The position numbers were made by a program, and so were the translations under genes. From Minisyncoccota bacterium (GTDB lineage: Bacteria; Patescibacteriota; Minisyncoccia; Phycocordibacterales; XYD1-FULL-46-19), in contig JBAYIK010000001.1 in the NCBI GenBank assembly GCA_041665625.1, positions 134,587 through 194,340 of the forward strand: DNA of 59,754 nt. The letters are read 5' to 3'. The notes below the pieces were generated by a model, which worked only from the letters and a program-made list of their open reading frames with translations, was not told the DNA's origin and searched no databases. Each line of letters opens with the position of its first letter. Within the stretch, counting starts at the first letter, position 1. Shown piece after piece: positions 54,607-59,754 of this stretch.

Positions 54607-55873
54607 GTTTCTAATTTTAATTATTACCCTAAGCCTTGGGTTAATTGCCGGAGGGGTCTATTTGCAAGCAGCGACAAAAGAGGAACTCCAGGGTCAGATC
54701 TCTAGCAAGCAGGACCAAATAAAGCAACTTGATATTGAGATCGCCAATTATCAGAAAAAAATTAGCCAAACAGGAAGCCAGAAAGCGTCTTTAAACAAAG
54801 AATTATCTATCCTCGAGTTATCCCGCAAGAAACTCCAGGCGGATATTGCGGTCACTCAAAATAAAATTTCTATCACCAACAGCACCATCAAAAATTTGGA
54901 CCAAGGGATTAAAACAACCGCGGAGAGAGTTCTCGACAATCAAAAGGCGTTAGCCCTATCATTACGCTTAGTAAATAGTGAGGAGCAAATGAGCCTCCCT
55001 GAATTTATTGTAAGCGGGGAGAATACCACCGAACTCTGGGACAGTTTGAGTCGCTACCAAAGTTTAGGTCAACAAGTCGATGAGTTAATCAGTACTTTGC
55101 GTCAAGACAAAAAAGAACTTGAGGGAGACAAGGCTCAAAAAGAGGTGGAGAAGAAAAGTCTGACCAATCTAGAGGGGCAATTGACTGATCAAAAAATTAT
55201 TACGGAGCAAACTAAGCAGGCCAAAAATACTCTCCTCACCGAAACCAAAAACAAAGAATCAGCTTACCAAAAACTATTGGCTGATAAACTAAAAAAGAAA
55301 CAACAAGTTGAGAGTGAGATACTCGCCGCCGAAGCCGCTCTTCGCTATACAGCCACCCCAGGGCAATTACCAAAGACAGGCACGGGGGTGCTTGCTTGGC
55401 CAATCGCTAAAGTGATTATTACCCAAGGTTTTGGCAACACCGCTTTTGCTAAAAGTAATCAGGGGATTTATAATGGGAATGGTCATAACGGAATTGATTT
55501 AGGCACAGCCATTGGTACCAGCTTGAAATCGGCAGGGGACGGAGTGGTAATTGGCGCCGGTGACACCGACCTTACCTGCAAGGGCGCCTCTTATGGCAAG
55601 TGGATCCTTATTGGTTACGATAATGGCCTAGCCTCTTTGTACGGCCACCTATCAGCCATTAAAGTAAGCGAGGGACAAAGAGTGACGACCGGACAGCTCG
55701 TCGGTTATACTGGGAACACTGGCTACTCAACTGGACCCCACCTCCACTTCTCGGTCATTGCCAAAGAAGCCGTTCAAGTTGGGTCACTTAAGAGCAAGGT
55801 CCCTGGTTGTGGCACTTACCGCCTACCACTAGCCGCCTTCAGCGCTTATCTTAATCCTTTGAAATATTTATAA
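54584..55873 (+). CDS. M23 peptidase with N-terminal coiled coil (EnvC-like)
   Basis: TM/signal, long coiled coil, HNGIDL and GNTGYSTGPHLHF. Confidence 0.85.
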   Translation: MLSKYYSKFLILIITLSLGLIAGGVYLQAATKEELQGQISSKQDQIKQLDIEIANYQKKISQTGSQKASLNKELSILELSRKKLQADIAVTQNKISITNSTIKNLDQGIKTTAERVLDNQKALALSLRLVNSEEQMSLPEFIVSGENTTELWDSLSRYQSLGQQVDELISTLRQDKKELEGDKAQKEVEKKSLTNLEGQLTDQKIITEQTKQAKNTLLTETKNKESAYQKLLADKLKKKQQVESEILAAEAALRYTATPGQLPKTGTGVLAWPIAKVIITQGFGNTAFAKSNQGIYNGNGHNGIDLGTAIGTSLKSAGDGVVIGAGDTDLTCKGASYGKWILIGYDNGLASLYGHLSAIKVSEGQRVTTGQLVGYTGNTGYSTGPHLHFSVIAKEAVQVGSLKSKVPGCGTYRLPLAAFSAYLNPLKYL

Positions 55874-55887
55874 TTTTTTAAAAACCT

Positions 55888-56136
55888 ATGTATAAAAACA
55901 AACAAGCGGGGCTCGCCAAATTAATCGTTTTAATTATCGTGGTTGTCCTCATCCTAAGCTACCTGGGCATCAATATCCAAAGGATTGCCGAGTCTGACGC
56001 CGGGAAAGCCAACTTTGGCTATGTTTGGCAGATAATCCAGCAGATCGGGGCTTGGTTCGGTGATTTATATACAAAATACCTGTCTAGCTACTTCAATCCA
56101 ATTCTTCGTTATTTGCCATTTAACCTTGTAAAATAA
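55888..56136 (+). CDS. small membrane protein
   Basis: 82 aa with N-terminal TM LAKLIVLIIVVVLILSYLG. Confidence 0.5.
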   Translation: MYKNKQAGLAKLIVLIIVVVLILSYLGINIQRIAESDAGKANFGYVWQIIQQIGAWFGDLYTKYLSSYFNPILRYLPFNLVK

Positions 56137-56179
56137 GGGTTTTCTAGAGCTTTATCCACTATAAAAGGGGAGTTTTACC

Positions 56180-56208
56180 TTGACTTTTGGGGCCTATTAT
56201 GCTACGAT
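56180..56208 (+). promoter_or_regulatory. putative promoter ahead of a long structured leader
   Basis: TTGACT (56180-56185), 17-nt spacer, TACGAT (56203-56208). Confidence 0.4.
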
Positions 56209-56402
56209 ACATATACCTACAGATGTCAAGATAGACAGCGAACGCTTAATCCTTGTAGGTCTAATCCGCCCCGGCGGACAACGTCGAAATTAAAAATATA
56301 GGCTCGTTTAATTAGCTATCTGTTATCAAAGCTAGCCCCACAAAGGCCGGCAGGTAGTAGGTGGTTTAAAATTGACTTATTTTACAAACCCTACAAATAG
56401 GC

Positions 56403-56867
56403 TTGGCAAGCCTTATTATCACCGCTTCTTCGACCGGTCCGACTTTAGCTCTTAACCCAATTCTAACGAATCAGATTAATAGCAAAAGTGCTCAGACTAT
56501 CGAATATAGCGTCGAACGTCCTACTAGTACCGCCTCTGGTGCCGTCTATGACAAAATTATAGAAGCCAGTGCCAAGTATGGTATTGATACCGACAACGCC
56601 CTCCGTATTGCCCGTTGTGAAAGCAACTTCAGACAATACAATGAGGATGGTAACGTCCTCCATGGCAAGGTGAATCCAGCCGACTCAGGAATCTTCCAGA
56701 TTAATGAGAAGTGGCACCTTGAAGCCAGTCAGACCTTAGATCTCGACATTCACACAACCAAAGGTAATATTGAATATGCCATGCGGTTAATGAAGAAAGA
56801 GGGAAATCGTCACTGGAATTGGAGCAAGCCCTGTTGGGGTGGAGACGGTCCAGTTAAAAATGCCTAA
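56403..56867 (+). CDS. lytic transglycosylase-like (SLT/GEWL-type) protein
   Basis: RCESNFRQY...SGIFQINEKWH; only a TTG start in frame (in-frame stop at 56373-56375); no clear signal peptide. Confidence 0.55.
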   Translation: MASLIITASSTGPTLALNPILTNQINSKSAQTIEYSVERPTSTASGAVYDKIIEASAKYGIDTDNALRIARCESNFRQYNEDGNVLHGKVNPADSGIFQINEKWHLEASQTLDLDIHTTKGNIEYAMRLMKKEGNRHWNWSKPCWGGDGPVKNA

Positions 56868-56881
56868 CAAACAAAAAAGAT

Positions 56882-56913
56882 AACCGAGGGGTCAAACCCC
56901 CGGTTTTCTTTTT
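56882..56913 (+). terminator. intrinsic terminator
   Basis: AACCGAGGGG / CCCCCGGTT hairpin then TTTCTTTTT. Confidence 0.7.
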
Positions 56914-56994
56914 GTCTCCGTTATATTGACAAATCTTTATTATAATGCTATAGTTAAAAGCAGAAGAAGTCGCTCACAAATAGGAGTAAGCATC

Positions 56995-57153
56995 ATGAGC
57001 AATAAGAAAGAAGATGACAAGCCGATGAGTCCGATGGACAAGGGCTTCGAGAAAGGACTCGGCTGGGGCATCGGATTCGGATTTCTTGCGGGAATCCTTG
57101 TCGGAGTGGCAATCGGCGTGATCATCGCCGGAACCACATTGAACATTCCCTGA
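56995..57153 (+). CDS. 52-aa Gly-rich membrane protein
   Basis: AGGAG (56982-56986) 8 nt before ATG; MSNKKEDDKPMSPMDKGFEKGLGWGIGFGFLAGILVGVAIGVIIAG; terminator follows. Confidence 0.5.
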   Translation: MSNKKEDDKPMSPMDKGFEKGLGWGIGFGFLAGILVGVAIGVIIAGTTLNIP

Positions 57154-57194
57154 AAAGCCCTCCCAACATTAGCCCGTCCATCGAACCGCCGGCA

Positions 57195-57228
57195 AGCCCG
57201 TCGTCTTGATGAGACGGGCTTTGCTATT
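57195..57228 (+). terminator. intrinsic terminator
   Basis: AGCCCGTC / GACGGGCT hairpin then a T-rich tract. Confidence 0.6.
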
Positions 57229-57355
57229 ACTTTAAATTTTAAATAAGCGATTTTTGAGGCAAAAAGTGAAAAAATCCAAAAATGGCCAAAATTGGCTTTT
57301 TTAGGGTTTTTGAGAAAATAGCAATATTTAGGCTTTTAAACAAAAAGAGGAAGTG

Positions 57356-57585
57356 GCGACAGAAATCCTTGAGCGGAAAATTTAGCGACAAGTTGACGGA
57401 GAAGTAAAGAAAATATTTTTTGCAAAATAATTTTTAGACAGCAGGGTAGGGGGCCTATGTCGCAAGAGCCATTGTGCGACGTCGAGGGCGCACGTCAGCA
57501 CAATGGCGACAGATTTTGCGGACATGCCCTTACAGGGCTATGTCGCAAAATCTATGTTGTGCGACATATACCATAGTTATCCACA
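57356..57585. repeat. array of GCGACA / TGTCGC half-sites, two spaced palindromes, a long hairpin and a DnaA box
   Basis: GCGACA at 57356, 57385, 57506; ATGTCGCA-N10-TGCGAC (57457-57480); ATGTCGCA-N12-TGCGACAT (57540-57567); GCCATTGTGC / GCACAATGGC (57468-57507); TTATCCACA (57577-57585). Confidence 0.7.
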
Positions 57586-57616
57586 GTTAAGAAAAAGCCC
57601 TCCCCCCTTTACAACC

Positions 57617-57645
57617 TTGACGATTTGTTTCACATTTGATAATCT
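57617..57645 (+). promoter_or_regulatory. putative promoter just downstream of the half-site array
   Basis: TTGACG (57617-57622), 17-nt spacer, TAATCT (57640-57645). Confidence 0.4.
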
Positions 57646-57835
57646 GATTTTTAGACAAAGTGGTGAGCAATTGGTGCTTACTAAAACAAAATAGGAGCGG
57701 CCGTTTTGCCTCAAGGTAACAGTGTCTTCAGGGAGCTCATGCTCCAAGAAGGCCTCCCTCTCCCCCACCACAGCGGTGAGGGCGAGGAGCAATTGACGAA
57801 GAACCCAAACGAAGAACAGCGGGAGTATCATCAAG

Positions 57836-58054
57836 ATGAAGGAGAAGGTCGAAAAGGTTGTGGTGGGTGCTGAGGAGAAGTTTGGCACCACCGAAGTGTT
57901 ATCGGATGGGGTGTGTGAACCAAGAGTAGTGGTTTTTCACACTCGCACCGTCAAGCACAGATTCCCGATTGATGTCATTCTGCGCGAACGCCCCGCGGCG
58001 TACGCAGTGAGGACATCCGGAATTCTCAACCAGAGGACCGGGACGGACAACTAA
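57836..58054 (+). CDS. hypothetical 72-aa protein (uncertain; overlaps an alternative 55-aa frame)
   Basis: ATG ORF ending 23 nt before a strong + strand terminator; alternative TTG ORF 57706-57873 after AGGAG (57693-57697). Confidence 0.3.
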   Translation: MKEKVEKVVVGAEEKFGTTEVLSDGVCEPRVVVFHTRTVKHRFPIDVILRERPAAYAVRTSGILNQRTGTDN

Positions 58055-58076
58055 CGGAGGTGTGGAGAAGATTTTC

Positions 58077-58119
58077 CCCCCGACGCATGGCGAAGCCATT
58101 GCGTCGGGGTGCTTTTTTT
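58077..58119 (+). terminator. intrinsic terminator
   Basis: CCCCGACGCATGGC / GCCATTGCGTCGGGG (one bulge) followed by TTTTTTT. Confidence 0.8.
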
Positions 58120-58155
58120 ATACAAAAACCCAGCGGAGCAAGGCGAAGTAAAAAC

Positions 58156-58186
58156 TTGACTATTTCTTAATTTAGGAGTGTAATAT
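58156..58186 (+). promoter_or_regulatory. putative promoter
   Basis: TTGACT (58156-58161), 17-nt spacer, TGTAAT (or TAATAT with 19 nt). Confidence 0.4.
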
Positions 58187-58258
58187 AAAACAGAAAGTTT
58201 GCTGAGTGTCATGTGGCACGCAGCTGTCGAAAAGCGGATAACAGAGGAGATTGCCGAA

Positions 58259-58783
58259 ATGAAGAAGCTTACGTTGATCGCCCTTTTTGCGACCCTCATG
58301 TCGCTCATCACCCCCACCGCCACAGCCGACCCGCGGCCCTTCGCCCCCTATCTGTGGACGAGGGACAGCGCCACCCCGTTCTGGAAGTTCGAGATGGGGA
58401 TAGACAAACAGATCGGGCAGGTTCTCGATTGTCTTGTCATCACCCCTGACCCCGGTGGGAGCTGTGTCGAAGAGGGGCGGATCTTCTGGGTCTATCCCGG
58501 AACCGAAGGCACCCGCTACTGGTTCCGACAGAACGATCTGGTTGGAGATCCCAGAGAGACCGAGTGGTGGAAGAAGTCCCTGTACGAAGACAAGGGCAAA
58601 ACCCTTTGGTCAAGGGTAACGAGGGCCGCCAAGACAGAAAGGCATCCCGACCTGACCAAGGTCATCATCAGGAATATGGTCCGGGAGGGCGTCACCACAC
58701 AAGAGGAGATTGACGCCTGTCGGATGACACCTGATCGCCTGGATGAGATCATGCGGGCCTATACTGACCTCATTGAGGACTGA
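58259..58783 (+). CDS. secreted hypothetical protein
   Basis: GAGGAG (58244-58249) 9 nt before ATG 58259; signal peptide MKKLTLIALFATLMSLITPTATA then DPRP. Confidence 0.6.
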   Translation: MKKLTLIALFATLMSLITPTATADPRPFAPYLWTRDSATPFWKFEMGIDKQIGQVLDCLVITPDPGGSCVEEGRIFWVYPGTEGTRYWFRQNDLVGDPRETEWWKKSLYEDKGKTLWSRVTRAAKTERHPDLTKVIIRNMVREGVTTQEEIDACRMTPDRLDEIMRAYTDLIED

Positions 58784-58809
58784 CAAAAAAGTCCTCCCTC
58801 GATAATAGA

Positions 58810-58850
58810 AGCCCCCGTCTCGCCCAGTGCGAGGCCGGGGCTTTAGTTTT
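58810..58850. terminator. bidirectional hairpin between convergent genes
   Basis: AGCCCC...GGGGCT with inner CTCGC/GCGAG pairs, T-rich on the + side. Confidence 0.55.
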
Positions 58851-59034
58851 TAAGGACGTCAGCCCCCTCAATTTGTACGGGCATTTTGTCACTCTCAAGC
58901 CGAGACAAGCGCCCTAGGCCAAAAGCGAGCAGGGCAACAAGGATTACCAGCAAGGCGACAGAAAGCTCTTTCTCATATTCTCCAATCTTCCCCAGCTTGC
59001 CCTTGATTTTTTCCCCTATTTGATTTATACTCAT
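58843..59034 (-). CDS. small membrane protein
   Basis: 63 aa from ATG 59034; one TM LSVALLVILVALLAFGLG; minus-strand TATAAT 9 nt before the ATG. Confidence 0.45.
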   Translation of the reverse strand: MSINQIGEKIKGKLGKIGEYEKELSVALLVILVALLAFGLGRLSRLESDKMPVQIEGADVLKN

Positions 59035-59063
59035 ATGGTTAATATTATACCAATTATAGCAAT

Positions 59064-59342
59064 ATGGCACATAGAAAAGCAGGTGGTACTGCCAAAAACT
59101 TAAGAGATTCTAATCCTAAGTACCTAGGAACCAAGTTATATGACGGTGAGGCCACTCAGTCTGGCAGCATTATTATTCGTCAGCGTGGCACCAAGATCAT
59201 GGCTGGCAAAAATACCGCTGTTGGTAAGGACCACACTATCTACGCCAAGACTGCCGGTACTGTTAAATTTGGCACCAAGCGCAAACTCGGTTTTGATGGC
59301 CGCATGAAAGTTATGCGTTCAGTCTCGGTCGAAGCTAAATAG
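59064..59342 (+). CDS. rpmA: 50S ribosomal protein L27
   Basis: [24 protein letters not shown]...IIIRQRGTK. Confidence 0.95.
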   Translation: MAHRKAGGTAKNLRDSNPKYLGTKLYDGEATQSGSIIIRQRGTKIMAGKNTAVGKDHTIYAKTAGTVKFGTKRKLGFDGRMKVMRSVSVEAK

Positions 59343-59754
59343 CTTCAATTAAAATAGAAATTTCTTTACGAGAGTCGCCCGCTTTGAGGGCGATTTTTGT
59401 TTCCCCTACTTCTTTGATCGGTTTGTCTAAAATGATAAGGTCAGCAGGAAATTCTAAATTCAAATTTTTCTTAATAGCCTCCGCAATATCTTTGGAATGA
59501 AGCGAAGCAAAAAGGTGCCCAGCGGCATTGGCCTTGACCTTAATTACCAAAGGGCTCTCCCCTACTCTCATCAAAAATTGATCAACTAAAGAAACAGTTT
59601 TTTTAACTTGCTCCACTTGGCCCTGCTTAAGTCCCAGAACGCGGGACAAGTTGGCCGGGTTAGCCAACACTGCCTTATTGTTCCCTAATAAGAAATTCCG
59701 CGCGAAGCCATCATTAACCTCCTTAATCTCGTGTTTGCGTCCCACTTTGGCGAC
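59335..59754 (-). CDS. rplI: 50S ribosomal protein L9 (N-terminus beyond window end)
   Basis: Frame open to window edge; [23 protein letters not shown] matches the L9 N-domain pattern. Confidence 0.8.
   Translation of the reverse strand, partial: VAKVGRKHEIKEVNDGFARNFLLGNNKAVLANPANLSRVLGLKQGQVEQVKKTVSLVDQFLMRVGESPLVIKVKANAAGHLFASLHSKDIAEAIKKNLNLEFPADLIILDKPIKEVGETKIALKAGDSRKEISILIEAI

Noticed and set aside
56240-56300. ydaO (c-di-AMP) riboswitch
   Set aside because: Only CGCTTAATC resembles the consensus. The closing GTAAGCG, the GGGGACCCA and the GGGGTGAATCC elements were not found.
57240-57650. Chromosomal oriC
   Set aside because: There is one perfect DnaA box plus an AT-rich tract, but no dnaA/dnaN nearby and no DnaA-box cluster. 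The dominant repeat is GCGACA, so it is reported only as an operator/iteron-like array.
57577-57891. 104-aa minus-strand ORF with a hydrophobic core
   Set aside because: It would run through the + strand promoter and DnaA box, starts at GTG without an SD, and opposes the clear + strand terminator at 58077-58119. It is kept only as an alternative in the finding.
1-59754. CRISPR arrays, rRNA and tRNA genes
   Set aside because: No regularly spaced direct repeats were seen. Intergenic gaps over 70 nt were read by eye and show no tRNA-like T-arm (GGTTCGAATCC-type) or rRNA signatures. A tRNAscan/Infernal run would be needed to be definitive.
1-59754. Alternative genetic code (UGA recoding, as in some CPR lineages)
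   Set aside because: Conserved proteins (DnaK, LeuRS, RpoA and others) translate full length under the standard code, and several genes end at TGA at sensible positions.

Overview
59.75-kb, gene-dense, AT-rich window (GC judged by eye, not computed), coded mostly on the + strand with the standard bacterial code. Trimmed aminoacyl-tRNA synthetases, no Shine-Dalgarno (SD) before housekeeping genes, -10 boxes 6-10 nt from the ATG and many membrane ORFans suggest a reduced-genome Patescibacteria/CPR-like bacterium (inference). Backbone: two ABC-transporter modules; leuS, alaS, tyrS, trpS, aspS, gltX; mltG, mnmA; infA-rpmJ-rpsM-rpsK-rpsD-rpoA-rplQ-rplM-rpsI; grpE-dnaK and a separated dnaJ; pyrD; agmatinase; an orphan histidine kinase; scpA-scpB; D,D-carboxypeptidase-mraY-ftsW-murG; an M23 peptidase; rpmA and partial rplI. 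No rRNA, tRNA or CRISPR array was recognised. Worth a second look: (1) a minimal minus-strand YcaO cassette (small Cys-rich protein, YcaO, alpha/beta hydrolase) with a candidate 17-aa upstream sORF, next to a GC-rich C39-like peptidase gene; (2) LeuRS with an apparently intact ~178-aa alpha/beta serine-hydrolase domain inserted at the entry to the CP1 editing domain; (3) three dispersed hairpin-repeat families: a REP-like repeat bracketing an IS200-like (RAYT-type) transposase, a palindrome inserted in frame in pyrD, and a long palindrome abutting the start codons of pyrD and scpB; (4) a minimal Asp-specific T-box ahead of an HExxH protein and aspS; (5) GC-rich, SD-bearing ORFan cassettes wedged between SD-less housekeeping operons; (6) an operator/iteron-like array of GCGACA half-sites with a perfect DnaA box in a GC-rich island at 56.1-58.9 kb.
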